DNA from: an uncultured Bacteroidales bacterium
GTDB taxonomy: Bacteria; Bacteroidota; Bacteroidia; Bacteroidales; Muribaculaceae
DNA: 64,000 bases
NCBI GenBank assembly: GCA_945865235.1
Contig: CAMBDJ010000005.1
Span: forward strand, 13,864 to 77,863
Reading direction: 5' to 3'
Shown here in pieces: positions 9,979-19,204 of the stretch. The translations under genes were made by a program, and so were the position numbers. The notes beneath the pieces are model-generated. The model did not search any database. It was not told the DNA's origin and saw nothing but the letters and a program-made list of their open reading frames with translations. Each line of letters opens with the position of its first letter. Position 1 is the stretch's first letter.

Positions 9979-10118
9979 ACTTATTTAATCAATCAAAGTC
10001 TCTCCCCACCAATCGATCACATTCTCTCTCGCCAACCTCTCATTCCTCACAACATCCTCCCTCCTTTTCTTAAAATGGAAAATTCGCCCTTCGCGGCACA
10101 TTAATATATTCTAATAAG

Positions 10119-11834
10119 ATGCCACACCGCTTAATACGGAAAGTAATTGCAGCAATTGTTTTTGCTTTGTTATCTCAGCCAATGTTTGCGCAAAACATTT
10201 CAGAGATAGCGAAAAGCGACCCTTTGATTATATCCGGCGCAGTTGGAACACAAAACACATACCGTTATTCTTCGCACGGTAACGGATATGGGAGTCCATT
10301 AAGCAATGTGATATATGCGAATTTGAACATTTGCGTGTATGGCTTCAATATGCCTTTTTCATTGTATTACAGCAACGATAATTTAAACTTCAATTATCCG
10401 CAAATATCATTCAACATTTCTCCTACATATAAAAACTGGACCGGATATTTCGGCCAATCGACTATGTCCATGAGTAATTATGTAATGAACATGTCGTTTA
10501 ACGGTGTGGGACTTGAATACTCAAGCGAAAAGTTTCGTGCCGGGATTTTCTATGGCCGTTTACGTAACGCCATAAATGCCGATCCAAACGATCCGTATGC
10601 CCGCACACCTCAATACAAACGAATGGGATGGGGATTCAAAGCCGGTTATGGATCAGGCAAAAACTATATTGACCTTTATATGCTTTATGCCTATGATTCT
10701 CAAAATTCTATAGACGAACAATGGCGTCAACAAATTAATCCACAAGAAAATATTGTAGTGGGACTAAAAGGATGTGTAACACCATTTAAGTGGTTGTCGC
10801 TAACAGCCAATGCAGCGACTTCGATAATCAACACCGATATGCGTGCCCCTAAAGCTCCTGTAAAAACCGATTTTGATAAAGTGTTTGATGTAAAATACAG
10901 TTCACTTATGCGATTTGCCGGAGATATCAACGCAAATATCATTCTAAAGGGGTTGAATGCATCAATCAGTTACCGCATGGTACAGCCCAATTACACATCC
11001 CTTGGAACTTATTATATGTCAAATAATTATCATAGTTTAGGCATTAACGTCAGCACATCGCTCTTCAATAAAGTTTCTCTTTCGGGGATTTTTTCAGCAC
11101 AGGCTGATAATCTGTCAAAAGAGCAACTCTATACCACCTGCGGCTATGTGTATGCTGCTAATGCAAGCACACGCATAGGCAAGCATTTCAGTATAATGGC
11201 AGGATACAATGGCTATTTGCAGACTCAAAGAGATGGCACTTGTGTAGTAAATGATACTACACGCGTTCATCGTATTATGTCAAGTTACAGCATTACACCT
11301 GCATATAACCTTGATACTGAACATTTAGGACATAATATAAGCCTTTCGGCAAATCTTACTAAAAATAAAGACCTCAATAAGTTTGCCACCGGAGTGGGAG
11401 ACGTGAAAACTACAGCACTCGGCCTTTCTTATAATATTGATGTGAAACCAATTGAAACCGACTTTACTCTTACTTACAGTCGTCAGCAGTCAATTGGATA
11501 TAACAGTAAATACACAAGTGATGTCGCCTCATTGGGCACAAGTCGTTCGTTCCTGAAGGAGAATAACCTCAATTTATCGGCATCAGTATCGCTTAGCTAT
11601 AACGAGGTGGAACGACAATCAAAAAGTCTGTCTCTCGGAGCTGATTTTTCTGCAAGTTACACTCTTAAAAAAGTGCATATGTTTTCAGCCAGTGCGTCAT
11701 TTAACAAGTACGGAGATGTAAATATCACCCAGACACGCAGCGGTCTTGACTGTACGGATATTTCGGTGAGTCTCAACTATACTTACACATTCACGTTACT
11801 TGCCATCAAAAACAAAGCTAATAAAGGAAAATAA
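10119..11834 (+). CDS. Large outer-membrane beta-barrel protein of unknown function
   Basis: 571 aa. Signal peptide MFA/QN; many alternating hydrophobic/polar strands (YKRMGWGFKAGYG, LGLSYNIDV, ISVSLNYTYTF). The stop overlaps the next start (TAATG). Confidence 0.75.
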   Translation: MPHRLIRKVIAAIVFALLSQPMFAQNISEIAKSDPLIISGAVGTQNTYRYSSHGNGYGSPLSNVIYANLNICVYGFNMPFSLYYSNDNLNFNYPQISFNISPTYKNWTGYFGQSTMSMSNYVMNMSFNGVGLEYSSEKFRAGIFYGRLRNAINADPNDPYARTPQYKRMGWGFKAGYGSGKNYIDLYMLYAYDSQNSIDEQWRQQINPQENIVVGLKGCVTPFKWLSLTANAATSIINTDMRAPKAPVKTDFDKVFDVKYSSLMRFAGDINANIILKGLNASISYRMVQPNYTSLGTYYMSNNYHSLGINVSTSLFNKVSLSGIFSAQADNLSKEQLYTTCGYVYAANASTRIGKHFSIMAGYNGYLQTQRDGTCVVNDTTRVHRIMSSYSITPAYNLDTEHLGHNISLSANLTKNKDLNKFATGVGDVKTTALGLSYNIDVKPIETDFTLTYSRQQSIGYNSKYTSDVASLGTSRSFLKENNLNLSASVSLSYNEVERQSKSLSLGADFSASYTLKKVHMFSASASFNKYGDVNITQTRSGLDCTDISVSLNYTYTFTLLAIKNKANKGK

Positions 11835-13144
11835 TGAATTCCAATATGAAACGATATAGGTTAGCCACCTTACTTACCACTTGGTTAGTAAGTTGTGTAT
11901 GTGCTTTTGCGCAAGAAGTATTTGTAACAGTAACCCCCGTACAACAAGTTCTTCCGCCACAAGTGCTGTTGTATATGTCGGATCCGGAAAAGTATTTTAC
12001 AATTACATTGACCAATACTACATCCGACGTTCAACAGGTTTATTTAGGTCTTCAACTGGAGCAAATAATCCCTGCATCAGATTTAGCGATTGCCACACCG
12101 GCACATCGTCAGCCGAATGTGCCGTATATTATACAACCTAATTCGGTTTATACACTTAGCTCGACGGAAATGAAAAATATGTTCAATCATATTCCGGCGA
12201 GTGAAATTCAATGTCCGGCCAATCTTTTCGATGATTACACAAGCGGGGCATTCGGGTTGCTTCCGGAAGGAACTTATCGGGCTAAAGTAACTGCCTATCG
12301 TTGGGAAAATCCACAATTAAAGCAACCTGTTGTGGTAAATAATCCTGAAGGCGGATGGTGTACTTTTGAGGTATGCTACAAGGCACAGGCACCGCAATTC
12401 CTCACCCCCACGATAAACATGGCCGGCGACGAAACTGTGGCTCAAGTTGACCCGCTTACCGCTCAATTTACATGGACTACGCCTGTAACAAACTGTGGCG
12501 TTTCAACAACCTACACATATGATATCACAATTGTAGAATTACTCCCCGGACAACAACCCGATGTCGCCATGGACCGAAACCCCGTGGTTTATCAGGCAAA
12601 AGGTATTCTGCCCAACATGTGCATCATTTCTCCCCAAATTGTTACAAGTAATTTCTACGCCGACAAAACATATCTGGCACAAGTGAGAGCTGTGGCTAAG
12701 GCTAATGGCCCGCTCTCGTATGTGATGTTGGAAAACAATGGCAAGAGTACATATTTACCCTTTAAGTTTAAGACCAACAACAGTGATGATGATAAGAATG
12801 ACGATAAGGGTGATGATAAGGGTGATGATAAGGATGATGAGGACGAAAAGAGAGAAGACTTATTGAACCTCTGGGGCGATGGTTCGGTAACATCTGAGAT
12901 TGACTCGACAGCAATGTACAATTTCAGGAACCCGACCATAACCACCCCGACATTCAGCGAATTATCCGCACGAAAGCAGTTTCTGCGCAGCGATATGGCC
13001 GTCGCATGGCGCCAGGCCTGGCATCTGGGCGGACAGGCCGCACAAGCCGATACGCTGAAATTTGACTATGAAGTACAGCTGTTCAACGGCAAAACCACAA
13101 TCGACCGAAAAGCTGCGCTCGAAACCGAGCCCATCTATACATAA
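11834..13144 (+). CDS. N-terminal part of a TANFOR-domain giant secreted protein (ends at a premature in-frame TAA)
   Basis: Signal peptide AFA/QE, then QEVFVTVTPVQQVLPPQVLLYMSDP...LTNTT...VYLGLQLE resembling the TANFOR domain (TIGR02542), then an FN3-like domain. The frame stays open after the TAA at 13142-13144. Confidence 0.75.
   Translation: MNSNMKRYRLATLLTTWLVSCVCAFAQEVFVTVTPVQQVLPPQVLLYMSDPEKYFTITLTNTTSDVQQVYLGLQLEQIIPASDLAIATPAHRQPNVPYIIQPNSVYTLSSTEMKNMFNHIPASEIQCPANLFDDYTSGAFGLLPEGTYRAKVTAYRWENPQLKQPVVVNNPEGGWCTFEVCYKAQAPQFLTPTINMAGDETVAQVDPLTAQFTWTTPVTNCGVSTTYTYDITIVELLPGQQPDVAMDRNPVVYQAKGILPNMCIISPQIVTSNFYADKTYLAQVRAVAKANGPLSYVMLENNGKSTYLPFKFKTNNSDDDKNDDKGDDKGDDKDDEDEKREDLLNLWGDGSVTSEIDSTAMYNFRNPTITTPTFSELSARKQFLRSDMAVAWRQAWHLGGQAAQADTLKFDYEVQLFNGKTTIDRKAALETEPIYT
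12788..12835 (+). repeat. Four 12-bp tandem units encoding an acidic DDK[N/G/G/D] linker
   Basis: GATGATAAGAAT GACGATAAGGGT GATGATAAGGGT GATGATAAGGAT. Confidence 0.9.
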
Positions 13145-13225
13145 TTAATCAGGGGTACACAGGCGCTGTCCGATACCATACTTTGGAGCAAAATCGAGGA
13201 CAAGGTAAACGAGAAAGACTACCTT

Positions 13226-16200
13226 GTGCTTCGCGTAAAACCTATTTGTACTAATTTCAGTGATTCCATTGTTTTTCAGGGCGACTCCCTGAATGTGGTC
13301 GACTTTGCATTGGTCGATGCAATTTCAAAATCGTACTTCCAATGCTCCAACATGGTGGAGCTCGACAACGAGAACCCCACCACAGCCAAAGCCGATGACC
13401 TGAAGGGCAAGACTATCCCTATCGGCGAATATATGCTCACCATCGATGAGATAAAAGCAGGCCAAAAAGCCGATACCTGGGAGGGTAAAGGCAAGGTCGA
13501 ATGGAATCCGTTCGGCACCAAGGTGATGGTGTGTGTCAAGTTTGAGGATTTGAAGATCAATACCGACCTGGTTGTCTTTGACGGTACTGCCAAGACATAT
13601 TCGGCCGACCCGCAGAGCAACAACGATATTGTAGAAGAGCTGTTCAGCGATTGGGGTATCGACAATTTGATTGCCGACACCGGTATTCCGTATGCCAACG
13701 AATTGCAGTCGGCTGCTACAGACGGAGTCAAAAGCCTTGCCGAAAAAATAGATTTAAGCCAATATTACGAATATTACGTCAAAGGCGAGCATCTATGGGA
13801 TATGATCGGCAGCCAGGATATTGAAGAACTCTATCTGCCGATTGCATTGCCCGACGCAGTGACAAGTCAAAGCCCGGTGAATGTGCAGATCTCGACAATG
13901 AAATTTGCGGCGACTCATGCCACAATGGACATTATCGGCGAATTTGTAATGCCCGACTGTGATGTTCTGGACAACCAGATATTGGTATTCGGTGCACCGC
14001 GTATCTGTATCTCTCCCGACCGCATTCTGCCGGAATCGGGCACATTGGCGTTGTTGTCGGATTTTAAAGTGACCGACCCCAACTCCGATTATGAATGTAC
14101 GTTCAAAGCTCCGAAAGATGTAATCAACCCCACGGACGGTTGCTACGTTTCGTGGCATGACGACGCGTTCGAAATGTTGGGTATCGATGTTGACATGAAG
14201 ATACCCGGCCTGAAAAAAGATGTAAACGGTGTCGCCCAGGACGAATGCCCCGTGTTTAACATCAAGACAAGCATCAGCGATTGGGACGACTGGTGGGTGG
14301 ATAACATTACGATCGACCCCTTCCAGGTCGAAGACCTTCCGGGCTGGACCTTCACCGTCCAAAACGTTGTGTACGACCACTCGGTGTACAACAACTCAAC
14401 CAAAATGGGCAAGTTCCCGGCCAAGTACGACCAGAAAAAAACCACGTATAACGGCAATGTGAACACCTGGCAGGGCCTCTATATCAAGGAAATCGGCGTA
14501 AAGATGCCAAAGTCGCTGGAGTTTGGCACCGACGGCGACAAACGCTTGTCGATTGCCGCCAAAAATATGTTCTTTGACAGTTCCGGCGCTACCCTTGAAA
14601 TAGGAGCCGACGATATACTGTCGGCCAAAACCGGCAAAGCCGGAGGCTGGTCGTTCTCGCTCGACAAAGTGCACGCTACTTTTATCCAAAACGACTTCAG
14701 CGAATGTGGTTTCAGCGGCCGATTTGACGTACCCTTGCTTGAGGGCCAGATGGGCTATGCATGCCAGATTCTGAAGGTCAACGACCTTGAAAACTCCCCG
14801 GCCGGCAACTATGCCTATGTGTTCAAGGTGCAGCAGATGGACGACCTGAGCCTGGACTTCTTCCTGGCCACAGCCAATTTTGATAAGGATTTGACCTATA
14901 TGCTCGTCGAGGCAGTGCCCGAACAGAACGAGCTGAAGACCCGCGTCGAACTGCTTATGAGCGGCGACATGACCATCGGCGGCGACGCCATGAAGGAGAA
15001 AATGAAGAGTTCTCTTGGTTTCGAGCTCCCCGACATCCATTTCTCAAAGATGCGTCTGGCCAACTGCCCGGCGTGGGAGTCGCAGTTTGAGGACATAAAG
15101 AAACTGCAGACAGCCGAAGACCCCAATAAACCGCTGGCCGACCTTTACGAAGGCAAGGAGTTCAACGTCAACGACCAACTGTATTTCAGCACAGGTCAGT
15201 GGTCGCTGGCTTCGTTTGGCAAGAAGCTGGGTCCGTTTGAATTCAGCGTCACAAAATATAATATCGACTACAAGGACGAATTGCTGGGCCTGTCGGTCGA
15301 GGGCGAAATAAAACTGCTCGAAGGCTTTGACTTCAGTGCCTCCGCCGGCTTCACGATCAATGCCAAATTGAGCGGAATCACCAGCCTGGCCTCTGACTTC
15401 GATTTCTCGAAGATCGACCTCAGCTATGAGAGCACCAAGTTCGATAAGGCTGGGTTCAACACGTCTTTTGCCGGCATAACGCTGAAGGGCGAACTTGAAG
15501 CCGTTGATGATGAAACTAATGGCAAAGGCTATAGTGGTATGCTCGAGTTCACCATGCCCGGCGAACTCTTTACCGCCAAGGCCAACGGTGGATATTATAA
15601 ACTTGACGACTATCGTTGGGGATATTTCTATACATCCGTAGGCGGTGCGGCAGGTATTCAGATTCCCCCTATCGAAATCAACGATATTTCGGCAGGCTTC
15701 TATTTCAACTGTGTGCGCAAAGGCGAAACCGAGGCCGAGCCTCGAAAAGGCATCATCGGCGTAGTGGCCGGCATGGGCATCGCTTCATCCGCAGGTAAAG
15801 ATGTGATTGGAGGCGACTTTGAGATGACCGTCGTCTATGACAAAGAGAACAAGCGCCTAACCACCTTCATGCTGACAGGACATTTGTCGGCAGTCGCCGG
15901 TATGATTAGTTCCGATGCGTCCATAGTATGGCAGGATGATGATACCGACAAATATTTTGCATTGAACATCACTGTCGATGCCGCCGCCGATGGAGGAGAC
16001 ATAGGTGAAAACGTGACCGCGCTGTCGGAAGATTTGGCCGAGAAGCAAAAGGCCCTCAACGACAAAGTGAAAACGGCTGTCAATAATGCCAAGGGCGGAC
16101 TTCAAGGTGCATTAAACGACACATCCGATTCAAAAGCCGGTGAGGAAACCGATAACAAAATGCCCGAAAAGCCCAAGGTGGGAGAGTTGGAAATATCTCT

Positions 16201-19186
16201 CGACTTCCGTATCACCATGAAGGAGAAGGGAAAGAAACTCGACAAAACAAAATGGCATTTATATTTGGGACAACCCGACGAAGACAAACGTTGCCGCTTT
16301 ACATTGGTTGACTTCAAGTCGCCGGGGGATATAGTCACCGTCAACATCGGCGCCAATGCGTATCTGTGCGTGGGCAATGAACTGCCCAACAACGGCGAGC
16401 TGCCTCCGCTGCCTGAAAAAATCCGCACCTTCCTCGATGGCTCGACCAAAGGCAGCGGCGTGGAAAGTGACGACGTGACCAAGGCCGAAAAAGCCCGCCA
16501 GTCTGCGAAAAAGTACTTCGACTCCCAAGTCAACGGCGGTGTGATGTTGGGCGCCTCGGCCTGGGGTTACGTCAATGTGGACCTTGGTCTGTTCTACGCC
16601 GACCTCGGCGCTCTGGCCGGATTCGACTTGGCACTTAAAAATATTGACAATACTCCATGTATGAACATCGACCGCACACCGGGTTTCAACGGCTGGTATG
16701 CCGAAGGGCAGTTGTATGCCTACCTGTATGCAGTGATGGGCCTCAAAATCGACCTTGGATTCTGGAGTAAGAAATTCGATATCCTGGACGCCGGCATTGG
16801 CGGTGTGCTCAGAATGGGACTCCCCAACCCATCATATTTCACAGGTCAGGCACGAGTGAAATTGAATCTATTGGGAGGCCTGGTCAAAATCAACCGCAAA
16901 TTCGAATTTGAATGTGGCGACCGCTGCGACATTTTCTATGGCAACGCGCTCGACAACTTCAAACTGTTCGGCGATTGCTCGGTCGGCGACACCATCCAGG
17001 CGAAAGGCTGGAACAAGGAAAATGCCATCAATCCCCGATTCTACATGCCGGTTTCGGTAAACACCGAAGCACCTATCCGCGAACACTTCCGTGTGCTTGA
17101 CGAAACCGAACTCAACCGTCTGGCCGAGGATTTTGACGGCGATAAGGAACAACTTAAATCCCAGGCAAGCCGCACGTTCATATTCGATACGGAGAAGACG
17201 GTGACTATATACGAATATAGCAGCGCCAATCAGAACATCAACAGCCCGAGCCGTACCATGTATTTCAAATACAAGGGAAATGCCCGCTTCCAGCATCCGA
17301 TAGACATGACTCAGCTTAATCCCAACAAGTACTACCGCCTGCGCGTGGAAGGTTGGGCCAAGGAGATTGAAAACGGACAGGAAGTTGACCCGCTGAAATG
17401 GAACGAAAAAAAGAAAAAATATGAAAACGTACCCTGGAAACAAACCGTTGACTATTTCTTCTGCACCGACCAGGCAGAGGCAATCGAGGACTGCCCAGAA
17501 GATATCCAGCAATATGTGGCCATAGCTTATCCCTCGGATTACAATCAATTGCAGTCTGAAAATGAAATACCTGCGTATGTCTCGGATATCAAGTCTCCGA
17601 ACATTGCATTCTTCTCCGACATTTCAACTCAAGCCTTCAAAAAGGGCAAATTGACCTGGAGATTGCTGAAGCAAGTCGGCGGCGGCAACTATCAATTGCT
17701 TGAAAAGCGAGATGCCACTTGGGTTGTAACCGACAGCACTTGCAACCTGGCTGTAAATGGAAAGCAATTTGAATCACAAGTCAGATCGACGAATAGATAT
17801 CGCTTGCAGCTCTACTACGAAACTTCAAGGACAGAAACCGTTTATGAAGTTCAAAGATCTCCGCAAACCAAGAATCTGCGAGCCACCAAGGCGATGAATC
17901 CGCAAACCCAGGAGATGCAAAAACTCGTGAAAACTGAAAAGATCGTCACCGATTCAACCTGTATAGCTGATTTGATCTTGAAGCCATATGATTCATATTA
18001 TCACACTGGCTATGTGGATGGAAAAGGCATTAAACATGTTCCCTATGAGATGCCGTTTGTGGGCATACGCCTCAACAGCGTGAAGACCAAGACCTCCGAC
18101 ACGAGGTATTCTGGCCGGATGCTGTATGGATACAAAACATTAATGACAAACGATGGCAAGACCCCGTTGCGCTATCAAGACCCCTACACATATATCGGAT
18201 ATATGAGCAACTTCGGACTTGTAGGAGGCTGGACCCTGAGCAACAAACGCTTGTCGTCAAATGCCACTACGGCTCAGTCGCTCATCTACTGCGACCGTGG
18301 AGGCGTTTATGAGGGATCTTATCGAGATTCTGACGGCAGCAATCTTGATTATAGCAAGATCAAATCGATGTCATTATATGATCGCAGCCAGTGGGGCAAT
18401 GATTGTGAATATCCTCTTCCCGTTATGACCGATGCAAAATACAACTATGCGATCGGTGGCCGCGAGCGGGCAAGTGTATTGAATTTGTATCAGAATGACG
18501 ATGAAAGGCGTGCCATTAATCTTATCGGGGACATTTACGACGTATATAGTGCTGTCGACGAGTTTGATTCAAAATTCCGTAAGGAATTACAATCAATAAT
18601 GCATAAGGGTTCCACCTCTTTCAGCACAAGTAATGCAAATGCTGTTGAGAAAGAAATGTTAACCTATGCCGGCACATATATTACCGGGCGATCCAAACAT
18701 AGTTCGGATGTCTATATAGAGGTGCCATATTATCAGTTGGGTATCCTTTGGGGTTCGCAATTTAATAATAAAGGAAGCGCGAAGAAAGTCACCATGTGGG
18801 GAAGTTTTGACGATATTCCCAAAACCTATCTTCGCCCGCAAGAAGATTGCAGTGAGGACATTCTGTTAGGCCTTGTAGGAAACAACTCGACCAAGCTCTT
18901 GGATGTGGACCACGCGGTAATCGGAAGAAATAGCAGTGGGAGTCAGACAATGGTAACTACCGGTCCCTATATTGACTTTATTCCCCATTATGACAACATC
19001 AAGGAAATAAGCGTTACATATTATCGTGTGAATGCTTACAACTTTAAGAAAGGTGAATACACTGTCGGTTATCGTTCTTATTTGAATATGGGACCAATAC
19101 ACTCAGAGGTCACCTATACGATCAAAGATCCCGGGAAATACCTGAAATGGTCGAATACCGACGGATATACCTATAAAAACAAATAG
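13226..19186 (+). CDS. C-terminal ~2000 aa of the same giant beta-rich protein (in-frame continuation from 13145)
   Basis: Same frame as 11834 with no stop between 13145 and 13226. No signal peptide, and the GTG start falls mid-domain. Long beta-strand/Gly/aromatic-rich core; no T9SS tail recognised. Confidence 0.8.
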   Translation: MLRVKPICTNFSDSIVFQGDSLNVVDFALVDAISKSYFQCSNMVELDNENPTTAKADDLKGKTIPIGEYMLTIDEIKAGQKADTWEGKGKVEWNPFGTKVMVCVKFEDLKINTDLVVFDGTAKTYSADPQSNNDIVEELFSDWGIDNLIADTGIPYANELQSAATDGVKSLAEKIDLSQYYEYYVKGEHLWDMIGSQDIEELYLPIALPDAVTSQSPVNVQISTMKFAATHATMDIIGEFVMPDCDVLDNQILVFGAPRICISPDRILPESGTLALLSDFKVTDPNSDYECTFKAPKDVINPTDGCYVSWHDDAFEMLGIDVDMKIPGLKKDVNGVAQDECPVFNIKTSISDWDDWWVDNITIDPFQVEDLPGWTFTVQNVVYDHSVYNNSTKMGKFPAKYDQKKTTYNGNVNTWQGLYIKEIGVKMPKSLEFGTDGDKRLSIAAKNMFFDSSGATLEIGADDILSAKTGKAGGWSFSLDKVHATFIQNDFSECGFSGRFDVPLLEGQMGYACQILKVNDLENSPAGNYAYVFKVQQMDDLSLDFFLATANFDKDLTYMLVEAVPEQNELKTRVELLMSGDMTIGGDAMKEKMKSSLGFELPDIHFSKMRLANCPAWESQFEDIKKLQTAEDPNKPLADLYEGKEFNVNDQLYFSTGQWSLASFGKKLGPFEFSVTKYNIDYKDELLGLSVEGEIKLLEGFDFSASAGFTINAKLSGITSLASDFDFSKIDLSYESTKFDKAGFNTSFAGITLKGELEAVDDETNGKGYSGMLEFTMPGELFTAKANGGYYKLDDYRWGYFYTSVGGAAGIQIPPIEINDISAGFYFNCVRKGETEAEPRKGIIGVVAGMGIASSAGKDVIGGDFEMTVVYDKENKRLTTFMLTGHLSAVAGMISSDASIVWQDDDTDKYFALNITVDAAADGGDIGENVTALSEDLAEKQKALNDKVKTAVNNAKGGLQGALNDTSDSKAGEETDNKMPEKPKVGELEISLDFRITMKEKGKKLDKTKWHLYLGQPDEDKRCRFTLVDFKSPGDIVTVNIGANAYLCVGNELPNNGELPPLPEKIRTFLDGSTKGSGVESDDVTKAEKARQSAKKYFDSQVNGGVMLGASAWGYVNVDLGLFYADLGALAGFDLALKNIDNTPCMNIDRTPGFNGWYAEGQLYAYLYAVMGLKIDLGFWSKKFDILDAGIGGVLRMGLPNPSYFTGQARVKLNLLGGLVKINRKFEFECGDRCDIFYGNALDNFKLFGDCSVGDTIQAKGWNKENAINPRFYMPVSVNTEAPIREHFRVLDETELNRLAEDFDGDKEQLKSQASRTFIFDTEKTVTIYEYSSANQNINSPSRTMYFKYKGNARFQHPIDMTQLNPNKYYRLRVEGWAKEIENGQEVDPLKWNEKKKKYENVPWKQTVDYFFCTDQAEAIEDCPEDIQQYVAIAYPSDYNQLQSENEIPAYVSDIKSPNIAFFSDISTQAFKKGKLTWRLLKQVGGGNYQLLEKRDATWVVTDSTCNLAVNGKQFESQVRSTNRYRLQLYYETSRTETVYEVQRSPQTKNLRATKAMNPQTQEMQKLVKTEKIVTDSTCIADLILKPYDSYYHTGYVDGKGIKHVPYEMPFVGIRLNSVKTKTSDTRYSGRMLYGYKTLMTNDGKTPLRYQDPYTYIGYMSNFGLVGGWTLSNKRLSSNATTAQSLIYCDRGGVYEGSYRDSDGSNLDYSKIKSMSLYDRSQWGNDCEYPLPVMTDAKYNYAIGGRERASVLNLYQNDDERRAINLIGDIYDVYSAVDEFDSKFRKELQSIMHKGSTSFSTSNANAVEKEMLTYAGTYITGRSKHSSDVYIEVPYYQLGILWGSQFNNKGSAKKVTMWGSFDDIPKTYLRPQEDCSEDILLGLVGNNSTKLLDVDHAVIGRNSSGSQTMVTTGPYIDFIPHYDNIKEISVTYYRVNAYNFKKGEYTVGYRSYLNMGPIHSEVTYTIKDPGKYLKWSNTDGYTYKNK

Positions 19187-19204
19187 AAGACCAATATACG
19201 ATAT

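Noticed and set aside
13142-13144. Stop-codon reassignment or programmed recoding as the explanation for the internal TAA
   Set aside because: TAA ends many genes here normally (9913, 11834, 25070). The local TAAT-TAAT repeat is 4 bp, so it is not an in-frame excision footprint. A point change or error is simpler.
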